The notes: generated from the letters alone by a model not told the origin. A DNA stretch of 64,000 nt from an uncultured bacterium (GCA_964472075.1 CAYYIY010000002.1:23771-87770); one strand, 5' to 3'; positions 52,501-60,613 are shown, counted from the first letter of the stretch. Numbers and translations are program-made.

Positions 52501-52832
52501 TCTGGCCGGCGACGCTTGATCCGCTGCAGGACTTGCCGCCGGCACGCGGGCCGGCCGTGGATGGCAGCGTGCGCCCCGCCGAACAGATCGCACCAGAGGA
52601 AATGGCCGCAGCGGCACTGCGATTGCTTGAGCAGGCTGTGAGTCTGCCGCGGGGCGAACTCATGCGCGGTACGGCATCGGCGATGGGGTATCGGCGACTG
52701 ACACCGAGAACTCAGCCGTTCTTTCAGGCGGGAATTCAACTGCTGCTTGATCGAGGCAGGGCCGAGATCAACGGCGAAGCCATTCGCCTGCCGAACCTCT
52801 CGCCCGGCACGGTGACACCAGGTTCACGGTAA
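46563..52832 (+). CDS. Giant (2089 aa) helicase-nuclease protein: DUF4011-like N-terminus with a transglutaminase-like motif, a Upf1/DNA2-family SF1B helicase, a PD-(D/E)xK (Vsr/DUF559-like) endonuclease-like domain and a DUF3320-like C-terminus
   Basis: Walker A is VLQGPPGTGKSQTIANII and Walker B is VIFDEASQ. Further helicase motifs are VVGDSRQLPPT, DERDVMLFSVTYG and LNVAITRARRNLLVFSS. A later segment, RYRLDLAVYD...GIETDGTAYG, is endonuclease-like. The N-terminal segment LGNCLDVS...RGHVVPGVW is a Cys-His transglutaminase-like pattern. Confidence 0.85.
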   Translation: MSDERLPLIEATPSADEPAAASQTCTNDTGSSEPSTAVEPPTSAQTTSHVPASALPTVEPEPGSVPEDARKPVEAAATKAPLEIELDLDTRLSWAMECNGVPLIRRLTVRHCGSDPFTSLHVEITLGDLARPLSLKISRLEPGNTWTVEAPNLILAGGRLRSLSERERAHLTVRCLDGERELTQVEHPIDVLAGNEWDRTRLPELLAAFVTPNHPFISSLLQQARRILERETGDAGFRGYAGRSREPVYAAAQAVYEGLAELDLTYVPAPVSFETSGQKIRLVDDLERHRLGNCLDVSLAVAAALELAGLHPVLVLLRGHVVPGVWLINEWLPITVSDDRLIAEKLVKCGDLLLFEATAALQRPLPSFESAVQHAEELLRSGEAFELLLDIRAARLARLLPLPLRRSDETVSNRPDESGTPTLDHGTSRFEKTADQSDPAFRVATPAAPRIESWKERLLDLSLRNRLLHYRPSREKTIPLSVQDLPTLEDRLADGRSLTLEPLPELSAAEPRAADLVEDRGGDRQFETECRRLLEHDRLLCSLDESELQRRCRAIFRQARTELEETGSSTLFLALGFLRWYESEQSTMPRLAPILLYPVEMIRPVLRGRYVVRLRDDDPRLNDTLIEKLRREFQLDFSPLKTLPLDESGIDLAVVLSLLRQVTARLPRFDVLDQAVLGFFSFTKFLMWRDLTSNLDDLMRNELVRHMVEGKANAVFAGQTFTDEAHLDADYSPDQPPIILDADGSQLTAIDAALRGHTFVLQGPPGTGKSQTIANIIAASMAAGRRVLFVAEKRAALEVVAKRLRAVGLGDACLELHSNRANKREVALELFRVYQMRPEAAVPDSTALIRELSTDRETLNAHAALMNGATPLGPTHHELLGRLVRTTIDGEPGLLGVSADRPGTMISQALDVDAGLWRTWKQLIREAADAAFPFFPPSSHALHACRVTEWTPALEQEREAEMRAFQSAAELLRQCVIKVQTALGCRFEVQVKHLRVLDRLLQILETPVRDGVSGLLQRNDVEQVLERLDRLLAWSVERETLWKSLESTFLPTLLDCDLLRLQREMLSYRDSFVLWRWWNLRSCWSELAAVSRAPLPDLPQVLACLASALRIQELDRNMGGEEELLVALLGPSLHRRLPDHTEIATLVCTVRDWRSAAEQLPLDHLVILSETTSAAERWALRPGESGTLAAISAQQAGELRRELGQAIHRFGESWAVAAVGWRIRAVEAFQAEGDELVPERMLAQSRAWLDQTRNLRDWSRWVRALEALEQHGLLGVTQRLAAGRVPIDVWETTFDNWLAHERYNALCVRYRSVAEFSGRRHDRVVERFRANDRELLERRRREIRAALAARRPSFGATVSEFSEVGILQKEARRKRGHLPVRRLLERIPHLLGRLKPCLLMSPLSIAQYLPPGGEPFDLVIFDEASQIAVHDAVGAIARGRQVIVVGDSRQLPPTSFFQADTDTGVEDAADLDAEQLLARDLESILEETAAALVPSLMLRWHYRSRDERLIAFSNNRYYGGNLQTFPAAVGMAESGVQLVPVAGVFQRGTSRTNPAEAMATAHAVVEFLRDESKRHLSLGVVTFNQPQQMLIEDLLDDARARYPEIEPYFSERVPEPVFVKNLENVQGDERDVMLFSVTYGPDESGNVSMNFGPLNRAGGERRLNVAITRARRNLLVFSSLNPETIDLNRTAAVGVHHLRDFLRYAAGRDIGVVVPVNRAEEGIHGDHRENFLASTIASFLRAQGYRVKERVGCARYRLDLAVYDPDNGRVLMGIETDGTAYGAPGPARDRERLRAEVLRDLGWRLCRCYLLDWLIHPEIEQERLIALLEKARREPADPLPPGMNAHWTPESPEGPAEDAPADIPASGQPVVEASVTESGASDAVVEPAKTANGLPPFVFFSIDKLGEPEAFTRRDQTERLKQLLVKLIDLEGPVHVDRVGKVLTQAYGMTRVGSRAAQRVDELVQMLCADNRVRIAEEFLWPATLDPLQDLPPARGPAVDGSVRPAEQIAPEEMAAAALRLLEQAVSLPRGELMRGTASAMGYRRLTPRTQPFFQAGIQLLLDRGRAEINGEAIRLPNLSPGTVTPGSR

Positions 52833-53030
52833 CAGGCTTAACCGTTTTCTCTCGACGAACTGATACTCAGAGAGCTTGAAGCGGCCTGAAGAACGGAAGT
52901 TCAAAGGTCCGTCCCGCGCTGCGGATGCTTCCGTTTGCCCTGACTGACGATGTGAACGCTCGCTGTCTCTGTCGCTTTGTCTGTTTCCAGTCAGGAATCG
53001 GCCTCAAAGACATTGTTGATACGAATTTTC

Positions 53031-53059
53031 TTGATTCGACTCATCTGCTCAATTATGAT
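53031..53059 (+). promoter_or_regulatory. Putative sigma-70 promoter for the FadL-like gene
   Basis: TTGATT, a 17-nt spacer, then TATGAT. It lies ~45 nt upstream of the ATG at 53104. Confidence 0.4.
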
Positions 53060-53103
53060 CGACTACCACTATGTACCGTATCACTTTTCAGCGGGAGAGA
53101 ATC

Positions 53104-54456
53104 ATGATGCGTTTCGTTCGTTGGAGCCTGGTGTTGTTTTTGTTTCTGCAGTCTGTCAGTTCGTTCGGCGCCGGATTCATGGTTCGCGAACATTCGCAGG
53201 CTTCTCTCGGTAGTGCGTTTGCCGGAGTTCATGCCGGCTCTCATGACCTTGCCGACATGTTTTTCAACCCTGCTGCATTGTACTATCAACCCGACCGGGC
53301 AGCGTTGGTCGGTATGGCCGGCATGATGCCGAAAGCGAAGTTCCGCCTTTCCTCAGCGACGACCTTCAACGGTACGGCCGTGACCGGAACCCCCGGCGGG
53401 GAAAACATCGGTGAGGATGCCGTGATTCCTTCGTTGTATCTGGCTCAACCTTCCTGCAAGGGCTGGCGACTCGGACTTTCGGTGAATGCTCCCTGGGGGC
53501 TTTCCACCAAGTGTGACCCGAATTGGGTGGGCCGCTATTATGCGATCGATTCGAAGTTGACGTCGCTGAACGTCATGCCGACCCTGGCGCGTCGACTCAG
53601 CCCTCGCTGGGTGGGCGGGTTCGGCCTGCAGATGCAGAAGCTTGATGCGAAGCTCACCAACGCGATCGATTACGGAACCATCGGCGCGGCTGTGCCGCCG
53701 GCGCAGGGAGGGCCGATTCCCGGTGCCGTGCCGACGACACAGGACGGTCTGGCTGAGTTGAAGGGTGACGACTGGGGATACGGGTTTGTGCTTGGTTTCA
53801 TGTATGAGGCCTCGCCGAAGACGCGCCTCGGGTTCTCGTATCGTTCGAAAGTTGATCAGAATCTGAAGGGAACGGCGACTTTCTACCCCGATGCCGCCGG
53901 GATCAAGAACGTACTTACGGCTGCCGGCGGCGCGTTCGCGACCACCGGGGCGCAGGCCGCCGTGACTACGCCCGAAGTCGTGGGGTTCGGCATGAAGCAC
54001 GAGATGACCGCCTCTCTGACCATGGTTCTCGACGCGGTCTGGAACCGCTGGAGCCGGTACAAGGGATTGACCGTGTATTTCGACAATCCGTCGCAGGCGT
54101 CGTCTCGTGTTCAGGAAGACTGGCACGATGTCTGGTTGACGTCGATCGGCTTCTTGTACAAACTCGCTCCAAAATGGACGCTGCGTGCCGGGTATGCGGT
54201 CGATCGTTCTCCGATTCCTGATGAGCACCGCGTCCCCCGCATTCCCGGCTCGGACGGACGCTTCGCTTCGATCGGCGCCCGCTACCAGGCGTCGCCGCGG
54301 TGTCATGTCGATGTCGGCTACATGCACATCAATTACGACAAAGCTCCGATCATGCTGAAAAGCACCGATCCGGACAGCCTGTTCCGTGGCAATCTGAGCG
54401 GCAGCTTTTCAAACAGCTTCAGGATTCTGGGCGCGCAGATCGCCTGGAACTGGTAG
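53104..54456 (+). CDS. Outer-membrane transport protein of the FadL/TodX (OmpP1) family
   Basis: The signal peptide is MMRFVRWSLVLFLFLQSVSSFGA. The N-terminus AGFMVREHSQASLGSAFAGVHA plus NPAAL is typical of FadL. A beta-barrel pattern follows. The track start was trimmed to 53104. Confidence 0.75.
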   Translation: MMRFVRWSLVLFLFLQSVSSFGAGFMVREHSQASLGSAFAGVHAGSHDLADMFFNPAALYYQPDRAALVGMAGMMPKAKFRLSSATTFNGTAVTGTPGGENIGEDAVIPSLYLAQPSCKGWRLGLSVNAPWGLSTKCDPNWVGRYYAIDSKLTSLNVMPTLARRLSPRWVGGFGLQMQKLDAKLTNAIDYGTIGAAVPPAQGGPIPGAVPTTQDGLAELKGDDWGYGFVLGFMYEASPKTRLGFSYRSKVDQNLKGTATFYPDAAGIKNVLTAAGGAFATTGAQAAVTTPEVVGFGMKHEMTASLTMVLDAVWNRWSRYKGLTVYFDNPSQASSRVQEDWHDVWLTSIGFLYKLAPKWTLRAGYAVDRSPIPDEHRVPRIPGSDGRFASIGARYQASPRCHVDVGYMHINYDKAPIMLKSTDPDSLFRGNLSGSFSNSFRILGAQIAWNW

Positions 54457-54466
54457 CACGAACCCC

Positions 54467-55366
54467 TCAGTTCTTCGTTTCCTCGTCGGCGAGAAAGCCC
54501 TCGTAGCCGCGCCGGGCTTTCATGTGCTGCATGGTTTCGAGACCGCCCGGATACTGGCCGATGTTGATGAACAGATCTTTCAGGCGGGCTCGGGTTTCCG
54601 CCGGAAGTTCGCGACTGGCGACGATCGGGTCGGTGGGAATCCATTGCACCCAGCTGAGGCATCGCGTCCCAGTCGGAATGCCGGATTCGTCGCCGGAATC
54701 GATGAAAATGGCGGCAGCATCGGCCGTGCCCGATAGCAGAGCGTCAAGGCTGCGGCTGTGATTGCCGCTGAACAGCACCTCTGAGAACGAGGCAACCGGA
54801 TCCATGCCATGCTCGCGTAACAAGCGAGCCGGGTACAGAAAACCGCTACCGGAAAATCGGTCGACGTATGCCATGCGATGACCGCCGAGATCCTCGACGG
54901 AATGATACGGACTATCACTACGCACGAGAATGGCGGAACGATAGTGGGCGCGCCCGCGTTGAATCGGGTGGCAGAGAATCTCCACCATATCTCGCCTCTT
55001 CCAGGTCTCGAGAAGCGCGGTGCCGAGCCAGGCAACCTGGACTTTTCCGGCTTCGATCAATTGAATGAGAGAGCGGTAGTCATCGGCAACCAGAATTCTG
55101 ACCTGAATACCGAGATGGCGGCTGAGAAAGGCCATCAGCAGAGAAAAATGTTCCGCCAGTTCCTCGTCGGTCTGATACGGCAGAATGCCGAAGTTGATCA
55201 GACGGTCGGCCGAGTGCTGCCAGGTGATCTTCATGTTTCCGTCGTTGGCATGCTCGAGGCCGATCAATTGCCGGAACAAGGGTGACGCCGACCAGGACTC
55301 CGGATGCAGGACGGCAAAAAACGCGAGAGGAATGACGAGAAGGAGAACGAGGAATAGCCATTTCAT
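54467..55366 (-). CDS. PhnD/SsuA-type periplasmic substrate-binding protein (phosphonate/phosphite-binding-like)
   Basis: A signal peptide is present. Motifs AVLPYQTDEEL-like, IQVRILVADDY and RMAYVDRFSGSGFLYP are typical of the PhnD family. No ABC permease or ATPase gene is adjacent. Confidence 0.65.
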   Translation of the reverse strand: MKWLFLVLLLVIPLAFFAVLHPESWSASPLFRQLIGLEHANDGNMKITWQHSADRLINFGILPYQTDEELAEHFSLLMAFLSRHLGIQVRILVADDYRSLIQLIEAGKVQVAWLGTALLETWKRRDMVEILCHPIQRGRAHYRSAILVRSDSPYHSVEDLGGHRMAYVDRFSGSGFLYPARLLREHGMDPVASFSEVLFSGNHSRSLDALLSGTADAAAIFIDSGDESGIPTGTRCLSWVQWIPTDPIVASRELPAETRARLKDLFINIGQYPGGLETMQHMKARRGYEGFLADEETKN

Positions 55367-58056
55367 GGAAGAGATTCCTTTTCCGGCAGAAGTTCATGGT
55401 CGGCCAGACGACGCGGATCAAGAAAACCGGCTTCGATGACCGCAGAGCGAAGTTTTTCCGGTGCGCGAGCGGCGAATAGAATGGCGCTGAGCATGGCGAA
55501 AGTCGTCTCGGGAAGGAAGGGATGCAGAAGTTCGAGCGCGAGAGCCGAGGTCTGCGGATCGTCTGGAATCAGCTTGCGAAAGGTCTCGGGAGAGCAGGCT
55601 TCTCGCGGGCACAACAGTGCCAACAGCGGCGTGAAGTTGCTCCAGCGAATATCCAGCGTCTTCTGCAGCTTCCGCACTTCTTCAGCTTGTACGGACGCGC
55701 GCTCACGAATCTCCAGCAAACGGGCGAAATCCCACATAAAGCCTGAAAGTTGCGAGTGCAACCACCCGCGTATCATCTGATTGTCGGGTGTTGTCAGAGC
55801 GAGAAGGAGCGGCAATGACTCAACCGGCTGAAGCAGGGTCTCCCGTCGCACCTGCTCGAGCAGCGGGGTGTCGTTCAAGACCAGGCTGCCGTCTGCCTGT
55901 TCGATCAGGCACGAGTCAAGAATCGTGTTCAGTGTCGGTGATGATTCAGACAATGATTCCAGAATGCCCGGCAGGCGATCGGCGGGCTGCAGTCGAAGAA
56001 GACGCTGCAACAGAGAGGGGGAGAGACGACTGCGCAGGGCGCGGAGCCAGATGCCCGTGCGGTGCCGTTCTTCCAGAGACATGCCTGCCAACGCTCTTTG
56101 CAGGCTGGTCTGCAGTTGTCCGGAAAGTTCGTTCCAGCAGGTGCGGGCGAAGGTGCCGCGCACCCCCGTTTGCGACAGGCGTTTGCTGACAAACTCGAGA
56201 ACCGGCTGCGTGCCGACCGACGCCAGCGCGTGATAGGCACAGCGGGCGACATCTTCGCTGGGGTCATCGACCAATCGGAAGAGCGCGTCGGCGAAAACCG
56301 GGAATCCGAGGCGCCCCATGACGACGGCGGCGGTCGAACGATCGCGGGCGGAATGACCTTCACGCAGACCCGCAAGGGCTTCAAGTGCCTGGGGAATCAG
56401 GCGACGGCCGACTCCGTGTCGAAGATAGGAGAGAACGGCGCTGCCGCGCACCCGATGGTGAGGGTGATCGAAGAACGATGAGAACATCCATTCAAAATCG
56501 GGGTGCATGGTCTGATCAGCCGCATCGAGAACGTCGGCGATGCGTCGTGGGTTTGTACAAGAACCCAGATAGGCAGACAACGGTTGCACTTGATCGGCCG
56601 AGCGCAGCATGAACCGGGTCATGCCGGCGACCAGTGTGGCATCGTTGACCTGCGGCAATCGTTCGCGAATCAACTCGTGCAACTCGGGAAGATTGAGAGG
56701 ACCGAGTCGCAGCAACGCCTTGAGTTGGACATCACGATCTGAATCCTGAAAGAGGCGTTGCAGCATTTGTCGTCGTGCCGTCGGCGGGAGCAGTTTGAAT
56801 CCGTCGAGGCTGGTGGTCGGCACGTCAGAACCGTCGGTGAGCGTTTCACGGATCATTTCTGGATACAGGTTGAGCAGCGATCGGTTGAAACGCAGAGTCA
56901 GCAGAGCGATGATCGAGATGACGAGAAAAACGACGGGCTGTGCTCCGCTGTTGTAACTGTTCCAGGCAGCGAGTGCCAGGCCGAGTGAGGTGAGCGTGAC
57001 GCAATCGATCAGGTTGAGCAGGCGTCGAACGTACGAGCGAATCTGCAATGGAAGAGGTTCAAGAAGCAGAACCCAGACTGGTGACATGAAAACAAAGGTG
57101 AGCGTGCGTGACAGATACTGAAACCCGGTGATGTTCCAGAAACTCGGCAGAAGCCAGGTGATCACGCCGAAAATTCCGAGAAGCACGGGCCTCAGCGCAA
57201 GAATCGACCCGAGAGAGAGATGCGTGAAAAACCAGCGTCCGGCAAAGGCCTGCAACATCAGGGTCGTTACCTCGATGACGGCATTCAGCGTTCCCAGCAG
57301 GGCGGCGATTCGAGCGGGTCGATCGGCGATCCCCGCATAGAGATCCGGCAGGCCGGCGTTGAACTGAAAATCGACGAGATTGACGACCAGACTGCCCATG
57401 ACCGAAATGACAAACACCATGGAAGAGTACCGGCGATGTACCGGAGAAATCGTGGCCCAGCTGGTGAGAGACGGTATGGTACTTGATGCAGAACTCGACG
57501 TCGGTTGTTCCGGTCGATAACGGGAAAGAATCAGCCACGAGGCGAACCCGACCAGCGGAACCAGCACCAGAAGCGGAAAAAAGCCGGTGGTCGGCAGCAG
57601 AAGACGCAGGCTGACGCCTGCCAGGATCGAGCCGAGAGTGCCGGCGGCCAGCAGCGTGGGCAGGTGCAGGCGAGATTCCTGCAAGGCCCAGGTCTTGCCG
57701 ACCAGATCATAAAACGATTGCGTTGCATGCAGATCCCAGCTGCGATACAGAATCAGGGCGGGAAAGGTGATCCAGCCGGTCGGGTGCGGGAAGAGAACGG
57801 CAAGCAGCAGGGTCAACAGGAACATTGGCGGAAGCGCTCGATGCAGAAACGGCTCTCCGTGCAGATGGGGGCGAGCGAGCAGATAACCCTGGGTGGTCAC
57901 GAAGAGAATCGAGAAACCCACGTAGTACCAGGGCCAGCCTCCTGATCCGAATGATTCAAGAAACAGAGAAGAAAACGCAAGAATCAGAAACGTGTTGAAC
58001 CCGCGCAGGCAGAAGAAAAAGCCCGCGAGGATCGGAAACGCCGAAAGGGAACTCAT
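55363..58056 (-). CDS. Polytopic membrane protein (about 12 TM, MFS/TLC-like) fused to C-terminal HEAT-like repeats
   Basis: The N-terminal ~430 aa are strongly hydrophobic. The C-terminal half has repeated 'D..VR..A..AL' motifs. A 4-nt overlap with the downstream substrate-binding protein gene is present. Confidence 0.55.
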   Translation of the reverse strand: MSSLSAFPILAGFFFCLRGFNTFLILAFSSLFLESFGSGGWPWYYVGFSILFVTTQGYLLARPHLHGEPFLHRALPPMFLLTLLLAVLFPHPTGWITFPALILYRSWDLHATQSFYDLVGKTWALQESRLHLPTLLAAGTLGSILAGVSLRLLLPTTGFFPLLVLVPLVGFASWLILSRYRPEQPTSSSASSTIPSLTSWATISPVHRRYSSMVFVISVMGSLVVNLVDFQFNAGLPDLYAGIADRPARIAALLGTLNAVIEVTTLMLQAFAGRWFFTHLSLGSILALRPVLLGIFGVITWLLPSFWNITGFQYLSRTLTFVFMSPVWVLLLEPLPLQIRSYVRRLLNLIDCVTLTSLGLALAAWNSYNSGAQPVVFLVISIIALLTLRFNRSLLNLYPEMIRETLTDGSDVPTTSLDGFKLLPPTARRQMLQRLFQDSDRDVQLKALLRLGPLNLPELHELIRERLPQVNDATLVAGMTRFMLRSADQVQPLSAYLGSCTNPRRIADVLDAADQTMHPDFEWMFSSFFDHPHHRVRGSAVLSYLRHGVGRRLIPQALEALAGLREGHSARDRSTAAVVMGRLGFPVFADALFRLVDDPSEDVARCAYHALASVGTQPVLEFVSKRLSQTGVRGTFARTCWNELSGQLQTSLQRALAGMSLEERHRTGIWLRALRSRLSPSLLQRLLRLQPADRLPGILESLSESSPTLNTILDSCLIEQADGSLVLNDTPLLEQVRRETLLQPVESLPLLLALTTPDNQMIRGWLHSQLSGFMWDFARLLEIRERASVQAEEVRKLQKTLDIRWSNFTPLLALLCPREACSPETFRKLIPDDPQTSALALELLHPFLPETTFAMLSAILFAARAPEKLRSAVIEAGFLDPRRLADHELLPEKESLP

Positions 58057-59186
58057 TGGTCCGGACGTTCGCGCTGGCGCCAGAGGTCTTCGATCAGTCG
58101 ATTGCGTTCAAGCCGATCGGCCATGGCGTTGAACGCTCGCCCGGCGTCGCCGAGTTCATCGTCACCGACTTCGGAAATGCGCCAGGAAAGCACCCCGTCG
58201 CCGACCTTGCGAATGCCCTCGATCAGTTTCGGAATCTGCGTGATGAAACGATCGGCCATGACCAGACTGATGGCCATCGCGACGACCACGGCGGCCAGCA
58301 CCATCAGCAGCAGTTGTTGTGAAAGCTCGTTCACGCGGCCGAGAACGGCTTCTCGCGTGCGTCCGACGATGAGCGCGGCCTGCAGGTCGGGGAACGAACG
58401 GGCGAACACGAGAAAGGAACGACCTTTCAAGGTGGTCCAGGTCGACTGCGGGGTCGCCTCATCAGGCCATGGATCGAGCAGAATGCCGCTCAGCGTGCTT
58501 GGCATGCCGGACCCGGCTCTGGCGATGATCTCGCCTTTCCGATCGATGAGAGCGAGAAACCCGTCGGGCGGCGCATAGCGGGTGAGAGTGTGCTGCAGAA
58601 TGGCGCCGTTGAGATGAATACCCAGACTGAGTACGCGTACGACCTGATCGGGTTGATCGAGAGCGCGCACCGGGAACTTCATGACCACCAATGGCCCCTG
58701 GCGAACAGACGAGACCGCGTCGCTGATGACCGGTTGATTGGTGTCGACCACCGTCTTGAAAGCATCAATCAGCTTCTGATACGCGGCCCCTGCTTTCATC
58801 AGGTTTTTCCCGATAAGCCGGTCAGCCACCGGTGAATGGTTACGGTAAACGGCGGTCAGTACGGTTCCATTGCGATCATAAAGAATCGCGCTGAAGAAAA
58901 GGGGATTCTGTTCGAGAAACTCGGACAATCGGGGTTTGCAGCGTGCGGCATCGGGGTTCAGCAGTGACGGGTGCTCGGCGACATACTGAAGATGCAGGCG
59001 AATCTCTTCGAACTTCATCGCCAGCCCTTGTTTGAGCGCGTTGCTGAGGTGTCGTTGTGCGGTCATCGCGTCTTCTGTCAGATTCGTATGAATACGATAC
59101 AGGATGAACCCGCCGATGAACACGGCCGCGAGCAGGACCACGCCGACGATCAGGATCAGCAGTTGGAAACGAATCTGACGAAACAT
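58053..59186 (-). CDS. Membrane sensor protein with a periplasmic domain and HAMP, and no output domain
   Basis: The order is TM helix, extracytoplasmic domain of ~270 aa, TM helix, then a HAMP-like segment (ISEVGDDELGDAGRAFNAMADRL). The protein ends after HAMP. A 4-nt overlap with the downstream gene is present. Confidence 0.6.
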   Translation of the reverse strand: MFRQIRFQLLILIVGVVLLAAVFIGGFILYRIHTNLTEDAMTAQRHLSNALKQGLAMKFEEIRLHLQYVAEHPSLLNPDAARCKPRLSEFLEQNPLFFSAILYDRNGTVLTAVYRNHSPVADRLIGKNLMKAGAAYQKLIDAFKTVVDTNQPVISDAVSSVRQGPLVVMKFPVRALDQPDQVVRVLSLGIHLNGAILQHTLTRYAPPDGFLALIDRKGEIIARAGSGMPSTLSGILLDPWPDEATPQSTWTTLKGRSFLVFARSFPDLQAALIVGRTREAVLGRVNELSQQLLLMVLAAVVVAMAISLVMADRFITQIPKLIEGIRKVGDGVLSWRISEVGDDELGDAGRAFNAMADRLERNRLIEDLWRQRERPDQ

Positions 59187-59257
59187 GGATGGATGTCCTC
59201 GCGTGATGATGCGTCAGGGTACTGTAAAAAACCGTCGATGAAAAGCGCGGCAATCAA

Positions 59258-60067
59258 TCAGTGCTTGCGCAGATGTTCGATCTCATCGTCGGTGAGAAGA
59301 GAAACGCCGCTGCTCGGTCGTCGGGGCGGTGCGGTATCGGTGTCTGGGAGCGACGAAGCGCCCTCGGCCTGACGTCGCCGTTCCTTCTGCCAGAACCGGG
59401 TGAGCGGAGTCGAAGCCGGAACGAGGACGGAACGGTAAAGTTGAAGCGCCTTTTCAGGGCCGAGCGCGTAACGGAAGACCCAGAACTCAAACGGAAAGAA
59501 AGAGATGGCGCCCAGGTCCGGGTATGGTTTGAATGATTCCGAGTTGCTCATCACCTTGATCTGAAGATCTTCGACCTGAGACCGCTGCAGTGAAGAACCG
59601 GGCAGCAACGGGAACACGCGATCGCACTCGGGCGGTGCCCCCTCGATGTTTTGGCCGAACAGGCGACAGCAGAAGGGCCGTGATTGGTGAATCAGGCACG
59701 AGCGCGACTCGGACGATCGAAACGCGCAACGCAGACGATATTCGCCGCTGACCTTCGTCAGGCGGCGCTCGAGATGCAGAACCTCATGCATGATCTGTCT
59801 GATCCGGCGTGGGGGCATGCCGGCCAGCATATCGCGAACGATCAGGTGATACTCGAGCGAATAAATCGACACTGAATTGCAGCAAGAACCGCAGTTGTCG
59901 CATCTGGTTTCGGGAATCTGCTGGTACAAGGTTCTCAGCAGGTTCATACCGTACATGCCGTGATCGGCAGAAGCCTGCAGTACCCTATTTAACAGGGCCT
60001 CTTCCTTCTGCTCGATCTCGCGAGCTGTCAGCTCTTTCAGAAACGACAGCGGATTCTCGTGTGACAT
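59258..60067 (-). CDS. YkgJ/UPF0153-type cysteine-cluster protein (second copy)
   Basis: Motifs CDNCGSCC and FCCRLFG are present. The same family signature occurs in 35237..35716. Confidence 0.55.
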   Translation of the reverse strand: MSHENPLSFLKELTAREIEQKEEALLNRVLQASADHGMYGMNLLRTLYQQIPETRCDNCGSCCNSVSIYSLEYHLIVRDMLAGMPPRRIRQIMHEVLHLERRLTKVSGEYRLRCAFRSSESRSCLIHQSRPFCCRLFGQNIEGAPPECDRVFPLLPGSSLQRSQVEDLQIKVMSNSESFKPYPDLGAISFFPFEFWVFRYALGPEKALQLYRSVLVPASTPLTRFWQKERRRQAEGASSLPDTDTAPPRRPSSGVSLLTDDEIEHLRKH

Positions 60068-60175
60068 GGGTCAACAAACCAAAGAAACGACAAACCCCTC
60101 AAACGCCCGGTTCACGGGCGCTTGAGGGTCGATGGGGACAGCGTCGGAGTTCAGCCGACAGGCCGAACGGCCGAA

Positions 60176-60469
60176 TTACATGTCCTGTGAGCGCTCGCGG
60201 CGGGGGCCGTTGGGGCCGGTGCCCTGTGACTTGGCAATACTGACGGTCAGGGGGCGGCCATCCATATTCTGCCCGTTCATTCCCGCAACGGCGGCGTCAG
60301 CCGCAGCCTGGTCGGCGAATTCAACGAAGCCGTAGCCGCGAGAGCGGTTGGTGTGCTTGTCGGTGACGACGCGAGCGGACTCGACGGCACCAAACTTCGA
60401 GAATTCCTCTTTCAGGCGGTTGTCATCGGTAGCAAACGGGAGATTGCCAACAAACAGTTTCACGGACAT
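60176..60469 (-). CDS. RRM-type RNA-binding protein
   Basis: RNP2 is KLFVGNL and RNP1 is RGYGFVEF. The start was trimmed to the ATG preceded by GGAGGAA. Confidence 0.8.
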   Translation of the reverse strand: MSVKLFVGNLPFATDDNRLKEEFSKFGAVESARVVTDKHTNRSRGYGFVEFADQAAADAAVAGMNGQNMDGRPLTVSIAKSQGTGPNGPRRERSQDM

Positions 60470-60613
60470 GGACAGGTTCCTCCAGGAAATAATACTTACG
60501 GCTCGTTTCAACACGAACCATCGTGAAGAGCAGAAGCGAGCCGAAACTATTTTCCCGCACCTCGTACGGATTTGCAAGTCTTTTCTTCTCTCTCCTGTTG
60601 AGAGGGAAAACTT

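Noticed and set aside
50157-52739. Minus-strand ORFs of 388 and 357 aa (50157..51323 and 51666..52739)
   Set aside because: They are antisense inside the helicase-nuclease gene. The helicase motifs are only on the plus strand.
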